Positions 55,677 through 64,000 of a stretch of 64,000 bases of DNA are shown piece after piece (positions within the stretch are counted from its first letter, which is position 1; the number at the start of each line of letters is the position of its first letter). Position numbers and translations under genes: made by a program. Where the stretch lies: positions 285,231-349,230 of the forward strand of contig OZ242174.1 of the NCBI GenBank assembly GCA_965205685.1, written 5' to 3'. This DNA comes from Gammaproteobacteria bacterium (GTDB lineage Bacteria; Pseudomonadota; Gammaproteobacteria; UBA4575). Below the pieces are notes generated by a model that was not told the origin of the DNA, made no database searches, and saw only the letters and a program-made list of their open reading frames with translations.

Positions 55677-56185
55677 TCATCAAATGACAAACAACCCAGC
55701 AACGCTTCCAGTTCCAGAACATTGTGCCTGCGAATCTCCAGAACATCCTTAGGAAAATTTGTCTTGTAGTTGTCTTGAGTCGTCAGTGTGGTTGGAAGCA
55801 AATTGTTCACCCGTGACTTGCACTCTGCACATGTGCTTGGCACCGGCTCATCGAGAATTTTTAGCAACAGTCCTTCGATGCAGGGTGTCGAGCCTATGAT
55901 CCGAATCTTTTTTGATTGGGCACGCTTCTGTATCGCTGCCGATATTTCCAGGTCGGTATCCAGCAAAGCTATAACCCGGTTGTATGCCGCATTCCTGCAT
56001 TGTTTGATGGCGTAGTCCACTACATGAGCCGGCCCTTTACCGTGCGCATTGCGAATCTTGGCACTCACTCCGCACCCGCGACCGACATAGAGAGATTTGA
56101 CGTGACAGAGAAATGCGCACTCGGTTTTACCCTCCCCTACCAGCAGGACGGTATGACGGGCAGCGCGCCATTCGCGTGAAGGCAT
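55673..56185 (-). CDS. RloB-like protein (partner of abortive-infection AAA ATPases)
   Basis: 170 aa with a VLLVGEGKTE start typical of the RloB/DUF4276-like TOPRIM-type family. 11 nt after the ATPase stop. Confidence 0.6.
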   Translation of the reverse strand: MPSREWRAARHTVLLVGEGKTECAFLCHVKSLYVGRGCGVSAKIRNAHGKGPAHVVDYAIKQCRNAAYNRVIALLDTDLEISAAIQKRAQSKKIRIIGSTPCIEGLLLKILDEPVPSTCAECKSRVNNLLPTTLTTQDNYKTNFPKDVLEIRRHNVLELEALLGCLSFDD

Positions 56186-56196
56186 CCGTGATCCCT

Positions 56197-57393
56197 TTAA
56201 AAATCAGGAACAGCGCCGTATGCACCGGCACGGTACTTGGCATACAGATTGTCATCCCGGCGAATACCCTTCATGTCACCGAGTCGCCAGGCCTCACTGT
56301 TGCCGTCTGGATCTTTTTCAATGAGCAGGACTTGGTCCTTTTGCAATTCATTGAGAATCTCGTGTGCATGGCATGTAAATATGATTTGAGCATTCTGCGG
56401 GTTGTGATCGCGATCGATGAAGAGATCAAGCAGCGCAATGATCATGTCTGGGTGCAGGTCCGCCTCAATCTCGTCGATGATGACGATGCCACCATGCTCT
56501 AGGGCTGGCAGGATCCTCTCCAGCAGAACAAATGCCGCCTGCGTGCCACTGGATTCATATTCGAGTGGTAGCTTATGCTCCTGTCCAGCCTTGCGGTGAA
56601 CACCAAAGGGAACATTGACCTCCTCACTCTTGCCGGACTGCCTTTCCACATACTTACGCGATTCAATGATGACTTCGGCAATACCCAAATCCAGACGGCT
56701 CAGGATAGCGGACATTTGCGCACGTAACGCCGGGCGGTCATGGAAGAAATCGGCTACATCGAACACGTCCCGCACATCAAAATGATCTCGACCGCTGTCG
56801 TACACGTTGGAGTAGAATTGCGAAAAATAATTGACCAGTCCCTGTGCGCACGGCACGTTGTATTGCGCCGAAGTCGAGATTAATGATGCGTTCGGGCGGA
56901 CTTTTTCGGCCTCACTGGCCGCAAAACCAAATTTCTGCTGGCGGATGTTGTAGGAAGAATCCGACTCGGACCAGTCCCGACGAAAAATAAAGCTGAAGAA
57001 CTTGCTGGTCTTGAGATACAAGGATTCATGCAGGACCCGCTTCGGGGTGACGGTCAGGTAATAGCGGTAAAACTGTCCCTGGTCCTCGAATTCAATCTCG
57101 AACTCGCTATGGGCCGAGTCGGAGAAAAAATGAGGATGTACCGGGATATCCTCCTCCGGTTTTATGGAAGTGAACGAATCTGCGATGAACCAACTCAGGA
57201 AAGACAGCGGCTTCAGCACGTTGGTCTTGCCGGAAGCATTGGGACCGATGACTGCAAGGACTTTCGACAGACGTGCACCTCCCGGACTCAGGAACACCAG
57301 GTCCGAGTTCGGCACCTGGCGATTGAGTACGAAAGAGACCTCCGTTTTCTCGGCAAACGAGAAAAAGTTCTTGAATCGGTATTTATGCAGCAT
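56197..57393 (-). CDS. AAA-family ATPase (AbiL/RloA-like, AAA_15/21)
   Basis: Walker A GPNASGKTN. Walker B/D-loop IVIIDEIEADLHP. Typical split ABC-type ATPase of two-gene defence modules. Confidence 0.75.
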   Translation of the reverse strand: MLHKYRFKNFFSFAEKTEVSFVLNRQVPNSDLVFLSPGGARLSKVLAVIGPNASGKTNVLKPLSFLSWFIADSFTSIKPEEDIPVHPHFFSDSAHSEFEIEFEDQGQFYRYYLTVTPKRVLHESLYLKTSKFFSFIFRRDWSESDSSYNIRQQKFGFAASEAEKVRPNASLISTSAQYNVPCAQGLVNYFSQFYSNVYDSGRDHFDVRDVFDVADFFHDRPALRAQMSAILSRLDLGIAEVIIESRKYVERQSGKSEEVNVPFGVHRKAGQEHKLPLEYESSGTQAAFVLLERILPALEHGGIVIIDEIEADLHPDMIIALLDLFIDRDHNPQNAQIIFTCHAHEILNELQKDQVLLIEKDPDGNSEAWRLGDMKGIRRDDNLYAKYRAGAYGAVPDF

Positions 57394-57423
57394 GAGCCCA
57401 CCTGGACAGTATAATAAAAGCAA

Positions 57424-57447
57424 TAATTAACATAATTATGTTAATTA
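57424..57447. promoter_or_regulatory. 24-bp perfect palindrome upstream of the ATPase operon
   Basis: TAATTAACAT-aatt-ATGTTAATTA, ~30 nt upstream of the ATPase start codon. Confidence 0.4.
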
Positions 57448-57571
57448 TGGACTTATACAGGATTAAATCAAGGCTTGCTTGCGATTTCGATTGGAATTAA
57501 ATGCCTTGACTGGACACTGCAGATGCCGGAGACCCTCAGCGCCACCTTCATAGGTCAGGTGATTCTGAGAT

Positions 57572-58252
57572 TCAGACCACCATGCCCTTGAACACCACGA
57601 CCCCGCAGATGGTAGCATCCGAATTGATCTCGATGATGCGCTCCGGCCAGGCCGGGTTCAGCGCTCTCAGGTACTGGCGCTCGCCTTCAACGACCAGTTG
57701 CTTGAAGGTTGTCTCGTTGGTGGAGTTGAGCATCACGACTACGTACTTGCCGTGGCTTGCCACCACCTCGGGGTCGACAAAGACGAGGTCCCCCTCGTGG
57801 AAGTCGGGTTCCATGCTGACGCCGCTGACCCGCAGCACGAAGGTGCGGCTTGAACAGCGTACCGGGCAAGGCAGTAGCTCGGTGTCGTAGTCCGGCACGA
57901 ACTCCTGGCACGTCTCGCGCCAGGCACCCGCCTGCACCCAAGAGATCAGCGGGCACAGGGTGTGGGTGCCGCCCTCGCCGTGAAAGCGTACACCGCTGCC
58001 GAATTCGCGGTTCACCGGCTCATGGTGCTCGTCCATCCAGCCCTCGGGCTTGCCCATGCCGGCCTCCAGCATGCCGGCCACCTCATCGCCAAGCCGTCGC
58101 GGCGTGCCGCTGGGGGTGCGGGTCTGGTGGCGTACCTGGCTGAGGTAGGACTTGTTGGTGCCGGCCGCCTTGGCCAGCTCGGCGACCGAGCCCGCCTCGC
58201 GGATCAGGCGCTCGAGATTTTGCAGGCGGATCTGGTCCTGTTTTCGCGTCAT
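57572..58252 (-). CDS. cI/LexA-like repressor (HTH plus S24 peptidase domain)
   Basis: N-terminal HTH, a C-terminal GVSMEP serine and a KQL lysine of the S24 autoproteolytic fold. Confidence 0.75.
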   Translation of the reverse strand: MTRKQDQIRLQNLERLIREAGSVAELAKAAGTNKSYLSQVRHQTRTPSGTPRRLGDEVAGMLEAGMGKPEGWMDEHHEPVNREFGSGVRFHGEGGTHTLCPLISWVQAGAWRETCQEFVPDYDTELLPCPVRCSSRTFVLRVSGVSMEPDFHEGDLVFVDPEVVASHGKYVVVMLNSTNETTFKQLVVEGERQYLRALNPAWPERIIEINSDATICGVVVFKGMVV

Positions 58253-58268
58253 GCCGGGTACTATAGCA

Positions 58269-58322
58269 TATAATTATCTATATGATAATTAATACTTGCC
58301 CATCAGTTATCACTTTGATAAC
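58269..58322. promoter_or_regulatory. divergent promoter region with two TTATC/GATAA-type inverted repeats (candidate operators)
   Basis: ATAATTATC-tatat-GATAATTAa and AGTTATCA-ctt-TGATAACT, between the repressor gene and the ParB-like gene. Coordinates are approximate to within 1-2 nt. Confidence 0.45.
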
Positions 58323-58330
58323 TTAAATGG

Positions 58331-59746
58331 ATGAGCCGTTCCCCGCAAACTGCCCTGCCGGTCGCCCCCGGCGATCCATGGATCCCGGCCGAGGGTCCGC
58401 AGCCGATGCAGGTGGAGGTTGCCCGCATCAGGTGTTACGAGCGCAATCCCCGGCGCCTGGAGAATCCGCAATACGACCGTATCAAGGCCTCGATCCGCAC
58501 TCGCGGCATGGACCAGCCGCTGTACATCACCTGCCGCCCCGGCGAGTCGGACTACATCGTGCAGGCCGGCGGCAACACCCGGCTTCGCATCCTCAAGGAA
58601 CTGCATGCGCACACGGGTGAATCCCGCTATGCGCACGTGCATTGCCTGCTCAGGCCCTGGACCTGCGAGTCCGACGTGCTGCTCGCGCATCTTCGCGAGA
58701 ACGAGCTGCGCGGCAACCTTCCCTTCATCGACAAGGCGCAGGCCGTGCTTGAGACCCGCTCACTGCTCGAGGAGGAGCAGGGAAGTCCTCTTACCCAGCG
58801 CGCGCTCGAGGCGCGGCTTCGCGAGCGCGGCTACAGCATCACCCACGGGCGGATTTCGCTGATGGAGTACGCGGTCACCACGCTGGTGCCCTGGATTCCG
58901 CAGGCGCTGGAAGCCGGTCTCGGCAAGTTGCAGGTGGCGCGCCTTCGGGCTCTTCACCGGGCCGGCGCACGGCTGTGGGAGCGTTATTGCCCGGACTGCG
59001 AGACGGCCTTCGATGCGCTGTTCGCGGTCCTGTGCCGGCGCTACGACGGCCCGGACTGGGACGGGGCCGCCCTGCAGGGAGCCGTGGAGGTTGAAATCGC
59101 CTTGGAGGCCGAACTCGGCCTGCACACCGTTCGAACCGCCCTGGATGCTGAACTGCAGGGCCGCATCGTGACCTTCCCGCCCCCCGAGCCCGAACCGCAG
59201 GATCCGCCCCCCGCTCCCGCACGCGCGCAGGCTGCAAAGACAGAACCCGGCCTCGGGTCCACGGACCTGGTCGACCCCGAGGCCCGCGATCTCCCGTATG
59301 TCTTGGCCGAGCAGGCCCTGGCCGAAGGCCCGGACCTCAACCAGCTGCGTGATCGCATCCGGCAACTGGCCGAGCGCTTGGCCGAACGGGCAGGCTTCGC
59401 TGGGCAGGTTCGCCCGCTGGCGGAACTGGGGTGTGGCTTCGTGCTCGACGGGAATCCGCCCGAGCTGGCCGGGGACTGCAAGGAAGAGGAATTTTGTGCC
59501 CGCATGCTGTGGTGGCAGTTGGCGGCCTGTGCGGAGATGACGCAGGTTCCGGACGATGTACTGGCTAGCGGGCGTTTTGAAGATGCGGCCTTTGGCACGG
59601 CCATCGAGGTTCAGGACCTTGCCCGGCTTTGGCGCAGCCTGCACGAGCAGGACTGGAACGACCTGGTGCGCCTGATGGATGCCTACCGGCGCCTGCATCT
59701 TGGTGCCGAGGCACGTGGGCAGGCGCTGTGGACGGGTATCCCATGA
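58331..59746 (+). CDS. ParB-like nuclease domain protein (ICE/prophage-associated)
   Basis: ParB/Srx motif region with RCYERNPRRL and a long C-terminal extension. 471 aa. Confidence 0.65.
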   Translation: MSRSPQTALPVAPGDPWIPAEGPQPMQVEVARIRCYERNPRRLENPQYDRIKASIRTRGMDQPLYITCRPGESDYIVQAGGNTRLRILKELHAHTGESRYAHVHCLLRPWTCESDVLLAHLRENELRGNLPFIDKAQAVLETRSLLEEEQGSPLTQRALEARLRERGYSITHGRISLMEYAVTTLVPWIPQALEAGLGKLQVARLRALHRAGARLWERYCPDCETAFDALFAVLCRRYDGPDWDGAALQGAVEVEIALEAELGLHTVRTALDAELQGRIVTFPPPEPEPQDPPPAPARAQAAKTEPGLGSTDLVDPEARDLPYVLAEQALAEGPDLNQLRDRIRQLAERLAERAGFAGQVRPLAELGCGFVLDGNPPELAGDCKEEEFCARMLWWQLAACAEMTQVPDDVLASGRFEDAAFGTAIEVQDLARLWRSLHEQDWNDLVRLMDAYRRLHLGAEARGQALWTGIP

Positions 59747-60342
59747 AAGGGACCAAGGAAGCCGAGCTGGTCACCGCGGTGCTCATGTATGCCGTGCGCT
59801 GCCTGGCCGAGGGCGACCTGGCCGCGCTTCGCCTCATGAAATTCGGGGCGCGCGAGATCGAGGCGCTTCGCGAGATGAGCCTGCCGGACTTCTACCGGGT
59901 CGAGGCCTTGCGTGCGCATTGCCTGGAGATCCGCCTGAACCGGCAGGTGTACTGGCCCATGATCGAATACCTGCGTGAGCAGCGCAAATCCGAGGACGTC
60001 ATGCAGGCGCTGGTGGCCGCCGATGCCCCGCGCGAGATGCTGCAGGTGCTGTTTGGCCTGAACTCGAGGGAATACGGGCGGCTTCGTCGCAGCCTGTCGG
60101 TGGACCCTTCGAGCGGGCGCCCGCCGGCCCCGGACGAGGACAGCTCGCACGAGCTGTGGAAAATCTGGTCGGCACGCACCGACCGTGACGCCTCGGGACT
60201 GCTGGCACCCAAGGCCTATCTGGAACTGCAACAGGAAACCGGCTTGTCCATGCGCGCCATCTGGTACCTGACGCGGCGCTGGGTGCAGTACGGAAACCTG
60301 GCCGAGACCTTCGATGAGGCCGTGAGCCGTACCAATCGCTGA
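59743..60342 (+). CDS. ICE-associated conserved hypothetical protein
   Basis: 4-nt overlap with the ParB-like gene. It resembles conserved hypotheticals that follow parB-like genes in pKLC102/PFGI-1-type ICEs. Confidence 0.4.
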   Translation: MKGTKEAELVTAVLMYAVRCLAEGDLAALRLMKFGAREIEALREMSLPDFYRVEALRAHCLEIRLNRQVYWPMIEYLREQRKSEDVMQALVAADAPREMLQVLFGLNSREYGRLRRSLSVDPSSGRPPAPDEDSSHELWKIWSARTDRDASGLLAPKAYLELQQETGLSMRAIWYLTRRWVQYGNLAETFDEAVSRTNR

Positions 60343-60598
60343 ATCGCCCGTACCAGCAAACAGGCACTTACGTCTCGCACCTCATGTCAAGGGTATGGTC
60401 CCCTGGGGACCAAGGCGGGGCATGCCTTGGGCCTTGGCCAATGAGGCAGACCTGATGGAGGGCAAGGTTTGTCCATGTGGCAGTCGGCAATGATTGGTAT
60501 ACGACTGCTCGACTTGCGCTGTCTTTCAACACACTGCTTACCTGGGGGATCGCAGTGCCGCCGGCGTAGCGATCCCATTGACCAGTGAATGTATTCGC

Positions 60599-60631
60599 AT
60601 GCATAATGATTGCATTGCAATCATTATGCAT
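60599..60631. promoter_or_regulatory. 33-bp perfect palindrome upstream of vapB (candidate autoregulatory operator)
   Basis: ATGCATAATGATTGCA-t-TGCAATCATTATGCAT, ~35 nt upstream of the vapB start. Confidence 0.5.
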
Positions 60632-60664
60632 TGGGTTCTCGAACGATCTGGAGGGTGTGCGACC

Positions 60665-60910
60665 ATGGCAAGTATCACGATCCGAAACCTCGACGGTGAT
60701 GTGAAAACGCGCCTGCGTGTACGTGCCGCTGAACACAGCCGTTCGATGGAGGAGGAGGTCCGCATCATCCTACGGGATGCCGTCAGCGACAAGAAGTCTG
60801 AGCTGCGGAATCTAGCAGAATTCACGCGCGAGTGTTTTGGGCCACTTGGTGGCGTGGAATTGGAGCTTCCGCCTCGCAGTCCGATGCGCGAACCTCCGGA
60901 CTTCTCCTGA
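60665..60910 (+). CDS. vapB: VapB/FitA-type ribbon-helix-helix antitoxin
   Basis: The N-terminus MASITIRNLDGDVKTRLRVRAAEHSRSMEEEVRIIL is typical of the RHH family. Confidence 0.75.
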   Translation: MASITIRNLDGDVKTRLRVRAAEHSRSMEEEVRIILRDAVSDKKSELRNLAEFTRECFGPLGGVELELPPRSPMREPPDFS

Positions 60911-60922
60911 AGCTGGTCCCAC

Positions 60923-61345
60923 ATGTACATCATCGACACGAATGTGGCCTCCGAACTGATGCGGCCAGAGCCGGCACCTGCGGTTATGGCATGGATTGCG
61001 AAGCGGGATGTCGGAGATCTTTGCCTGACGGCAATCAGCGAAGCCGAGTTGCGCTACGGAGTCGCAATCGTCCCGGCTGGCAAGCGAAAGAATGATTTGG
61101 AAGCTGCCATGATCCGTTGGCTTGACACGGGCTTTGGTGAGCGGATTCTGCCGTTTGACAGCGCCGCTGCAGTGCATTATGCAGAGGTCGGCTCACGTCG
61201 GCGCCACGTGGGTCGACCTATCGAAGAGGCCGACTGCCAGATTGCCGCCATTTGCCGCTCACGCGGGGCTGTTCTGGTGACCCGCAATGTCCGGGACTTC
61301 ATCGACACCGACATTGAAGTCGTCGACCCCTGGGCGGCAGAATAA
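60923..61345 (+). CDS. vapC: PIN-domain VapC/FitB-type toxin
   Basis: MYIIDTNVASE (Asp of PIN), E…D…TRNVRDF acidic residues. 140 aa. Confidence 0.8.
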   Translation: MYIIDTNVASELMRPEPAPAVMAWIAKRDVGDLCLTAISEAELRYGVAIVPAGKRKNDLEAAMIRWLDTGFGERILPFDSAAAVHYAEVGSRRRHVGRPIEEADCQIAAICRSRGAVLVTRNVRDFIDTDIEVVDPWAAE

Positions 61346-61536
61346 CCCAACAGTTTCACAACACCGGCGGTTCGCGCATCAAGTCGAGTTCTGCGCCGAC
61401 GTGCAGGTTGACTCATTCATCGACGCCCGATACGATCGAAAGGCCCTGCCCAAAACCATGGCCCGTCGACGCCTGGCGAGGCGGTCAGGCAGACAGCAGG
61501 ACTGCACTCCGATTTCTTGAGGATGGAGTTTGATCA

Positions 61537-62073
61537 ATGACGACCCCTGTCACCATGCTTAGGTGGTTTGGCTGGATCAGCGTGTTCGCCATCGCTTCGG
61601 CTTCAGCACTGGCACAGCACCCTCACGCGGCATCGCCGCATGCGCATGCCCAGAGCAGCGAAGTTCCAGGCCTCTCACCCGATGAAGTGCGCGCGCTGCA
61701 AAACGGCGAAGGCATGGGCCTTGCGCTTGCAGCCGAGCTGAACCACCACCCAGGGCCGAAACACGTTCTCGATCTGCGCTCGGAGCTCAAGCTCGACGAC
61801 ACACAGATCGAGCAGATCGAGGCGGTTTACCGGAAGATGAAAACCCATGCCATCACCAAAGGCGAAGACATCCTCCAGGCAGAGACTCGCCTTGCGAACC
61901 TGTTCAGCTCGGGATCGCCGGCAACTGCACAAGTGAATCATGCCACCGAACACCTCGGCGTGTTGCGAGGCCAGCTCCAGGCGATTCACCTGCTCGCGCA
62001 TATGGAGACTGTCTGCATACTGACGCCTGAACAGGTTGACGCGTACGACCTGCACAGGGGCCACCGGCACTGA
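61537..62073 (+). CDS. periplasmic CpxP/Spy-family (LTXXQ) protein
   Basis: Signal peptide, His-rich segment and LTPEQ motif. 178 aa. Confidence 0.6.
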   Translation: MTTPVTMLRWFGWISVFAIASASALAQHPHAASPHAHAQSSEVPGLSPDEVRALQNGEGMGLALAAELNHHPGPKHVLDLRSELKLDDTQIEQIEAVYRKMKTHAITKGEDILQAETRLANLFSSGSPATAQVNHATEHLGVLRGQLQAIHLLAHMETVCILTPEQVDAYDLHRGHRH

Positions 62074-62245
62074 CCGCAGCGGCTCACCGACCCCGGTCAC
62101 AAACCGCCTGACGCACCCGGAAGGCGCACCCGCGGTGCGCAGGGTGTGAACGGCAACACCCGGGGGATCGTTTTCGACTTGCCGCACCCCGTCTCCGCAT
62201 GGGTTCATAGGCGCTCGCACCCAATCCCGGGAGGAGCCCCGTTAC

Positions 62246-62977
62246 ATGGACACCGAAGATTCCGAATCCCTGCAAGATGCCACGCCCAAGTCCGGCCCGG
62301 TCCCGGGCCGTCCCGGGGTGTTGCGCCCCGAGGTCTGGCTGGTCCTGCACACCCGCCAGGCGCAGTTGCTGATCCAGGGGCGACCGGCAGCACACAACAA
62401 GCCGACCATCATAGGGTTGCTCACCTTTGCCGATCGCCTGCGCCTGATCTGGGACGGCTCGCGCGCCGATGATCCCTGGGCCGACTGGTGGCTGGTCAAG
62501 GTCTGCGATGCCCTCGAGGCCACGCGCCAGCTGATCGGCAAGTGGCGGCGCGACATGGACAACCTGTTGGCCCTGCAGGCCCCTGGCATGCAGGTCTCGC
62601 TGGCTCAGTCCAAGCGACCGCACCGCACCCGCCTCGCGTTCGCCAACCCCTACGCCTACCAGGGTGCCGAGCTGCTCTGCGAGTACGATGCGCTGGTCTG
62701 CCGGGCGCTGACCGCAAGCCACATCGGCCGCCTCGACAACGCCACCCGCCATGAACTGCTGGTCGGCTGTTCGCGCAAGCTTCGCGCGGCCTTCATGATC
62801 CCGCAAGGCTACCGCTACACCGGCGTGGACCGCCAGGCCCTGCAGGAGAAAGACGGCAGGATTCGTACCGCCTGCTGGACCATGGGCGAGGTGCCCGAGG
62901 CGATCCTGTCCGGTGAGCTCCAGGCCCCGCAGGTGCCGCGAAAGTCCCAGGCTCCGAAACGCATGGCATTGAATTGA
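62246..62977 (+). CDS. ICE-associated conserved hypothetical protein
   Basis: No enzymatic motif. Position and size are compatible with conserved ICE core proteins of the PFGI-1/pKLC102 family. Confidence 0.35.
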   Translation: MDTEDSESLQDATPKSGPVPGRPGVLRPEVWLVLHTRQAQLLIQGRPAAHNKPTIIGLLTFADRLRLIWDGSRADDPWADWWLVKVCDALEATRQLIGKWRRDMDNLLALQAPGMQVSLAQSKRPHRTRLAFANPYAYQGAELLCEYDALVCRALTASHIGRLDNATRHELLVGCSRKLRAAFMIPQGYRYTGVDRQALQEKDGRIRTACWTMGEVPEAILSGELQAPQVPRKSQAPKRMALN

Positions 62978-63160
62978 TCCGTGGCCACTGCGGTATATCA
63001 GTGGCAAAGAGGCACCGCCCGGACCGTGCAACCGGTGCACCAGCGAACGCTGCGGTCCATTTTCGAGCAGGCAAGCCCGTCTTGCCTGCACCACCCCTGT
63101 CGGGTTGCGACCCGCAGGGGCCGCTTGCCCGGCAGTCTTACCAACTGAAGGAGTAAGCAA

Positions 63161-63559
63161 ATGTCAAAAGACGAAAAGTATTTCGATCTTCAAACCACCG
63201 GCGTCGGCTATCTGAGTCGCGTCCGGGAGGTGACTCCCGAGCAGGGTTCGCCCTTTCTCGCGGTCACCATTGGCGCCCTTCGCGGGCGCACAGGCCAGGT
63301 CCAGTACACTCATTTCGAGTGTTCCGTGGTCGGCAGCAAGGCACAGGCGACTGTGCGCGAGCTGCAATCGGCCGTGGAGGGCCAGTTGAAGGTGCTCATC
63401 GGATTCACGCTCAGCAACCTGAGCGCGGAATCCTTCACCTTCCAAAGCGGCGAGCAGGCCGGCCAGCCCGGCGTGCGCCTGAAGGCGCGACTGCTGCGCA
63501 TCTCGTATGCCAAGGTGGACGGCCAGCCGTTCATCACGGACGCGAAGGCCGCCGCGTAA
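63161..63559 (+). CDS. ICE-associated small conserved protein
   Basis: 132 aa with an AAGGAG RBS upstream. Similar small proteins precede radC-like genes in ICEs. Confidence 0.4.
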   Translation: MSKDEKYFDLQTTGVGYLSRVREVTPEQGSPFLAVTIGALRGRTGQVQYTHFECSVVGSKAQATVRELQSAVEGQLKVLIGFTLSNLSAESFTFQSGEQAGQPGVRLKARLLRISYAKVDGQPFITDAKAAA

Positions 63560-63657
63560 TTCGAGTACGGCCGCCCAGGTTTCCTGGGTGGCCACCTTTC
63601 ACCCACAGGGGAGATCTTCCCTGCGGGACGGGTCTCCCTGTACCTACAAGGAGATCC

Positions 63658-63999
63658 ATGATGAACAACGAGCATGACCGGTTTTCCGGTCTGAAACTGT
63701 CGGAGCTGAATGTCGCAGAGCGGCATTCGGTGGTGAAACTTGCGATCCGTTCGCTGGCGATGAAGCATCGCGCAGGCCAGACCCTGGGCAGCCCGGACGA
63801 GACACGAAACTACTTGTGTCTGCGTCTGGCCGAGTACCGCAACGAGGTGTTCGGTGCCCTGTTCCTGGACAACCTGTGTCGCATCCTCGCCGTGCGCGAG
63901 CTGTTCCAGGGCACGGTCAACAGTGCCTCGGTGCACCCGCGCGTGGTCGTGCAGCAGGCGATGGACGCGAACGCCGCGGCCATCGTCTTTTTTCACAAC
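63658..63999 (+). CDS. RadC-like JAB-domain protein (partial, continues beyond window)
   Basis: MMNNEHDRF…DETRNYLCLRLAEYRNEVFGALFLDNLCRILAVRELFQGTVNSASVHPRVVVQQA matches RadC/UPF0758. No stop before the window end. GGAGA lies upstream of the ATG. Confidence 0.6.
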   Translation, partial: MMNNEHDRFSGLKLSELNVAERHSVVKLAIRSLAMKHRAGQTLGSPDETRNYLCLRLAEYRNEVFGALFLDNLCRILAVRELFQGTVNSASVHPRVVVQQAMDANAAAIVFFHN

Positions 64000-64000
64000 C

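Larger units (their letters stand above)
57572..64000. mobile_element. start of an integrative element (ICE- or prophage-like) carrying repressor, parB-like, vapBC and radC-like genes
   Basis: Gene content and order (cI-like repressor divergent from a ParB-like nuclease, conserved hypotheticals, radC-like gene) are typical of pKLC102/PFGI-1-class ICEs. No att site or integrase lies within the window. Confidence 0.4.

Noticed and set aside
1-64000. CRISPR arrays, rRNA or tRNA genes
   Set aside because: No regularly spaced direct repeats were seen, and no tRNA T-loop or acceptor-stem signatures or rRNA-like conserved segments were found by eye. A tRNAscan/Infernal run would be needed to exclude small RNAs definitively.

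Overview
This is a high-GC (~65%) proteobacterial chromosomal window containing three distinct blocks. (1) From ~1.2 to 24.4 kb there is a ribosomal natural-product (RiPP) locus of the nitrile-hydratase-leader-peptide (NHLP) type. It comprises a mini HlyD-like membrane-fusion protein, a C39-peptidase ABC exporter, a second long ABC exporter, and an E1-like/YcaO cyclodehydratase fusion sitting 11 nt upstream of an RND (COG1033) exporter. The NHLP precursor has a predicted core of only five residues (LCCCW) after a double-glycine-type site. A second, paralogous NHLP leader is fused to a prenyltransferase/squalene-cyclase-repeat alpha/alpha-toroid protein. Other components are an AlkB-like di-iron membrane hydroxylase fused to a GlnE-like domain, a subtilisin-like lipoprotein autotransporter, an IS1595 transposase remnant and a flavin-dependent halogenase. 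(2) From 25 to 45.9 kb the genes are housekeeping and envelope functions: an epimerase, Calx-beta autotransporters, a TonB-dependent receptor, aapJQMP, glutamate dehydrogenase, a porin and a SOUL protein. (3) From 45.9 kb to the window end, behind an AT-rich boundary, there is a mosaic toxin-antitoxin and defence island. It carries hipBA, an unknown low-GC two-gene operon with an atypical kinase-like protein, a GNAT acetyltransferase, abiEi/abiEii, a Fic protein with a degenerate motif, a frameshifted graT/higB-like remnant with higA, and a tightly packed AAA-ATPase/RloB/RES-NADase operon. It runs into an integrative-conjugative-element-like (ICE-like) or prophage-like segment with a cI-like repressor, a ParB-like nuclease, vapBC, a CpxP/Spy-like protein and a partial RadC-like gene. 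No rRNA, tRNA or CRISPR array was recognised. Long ORFs antisense to real genes are GC-frame artefacts.
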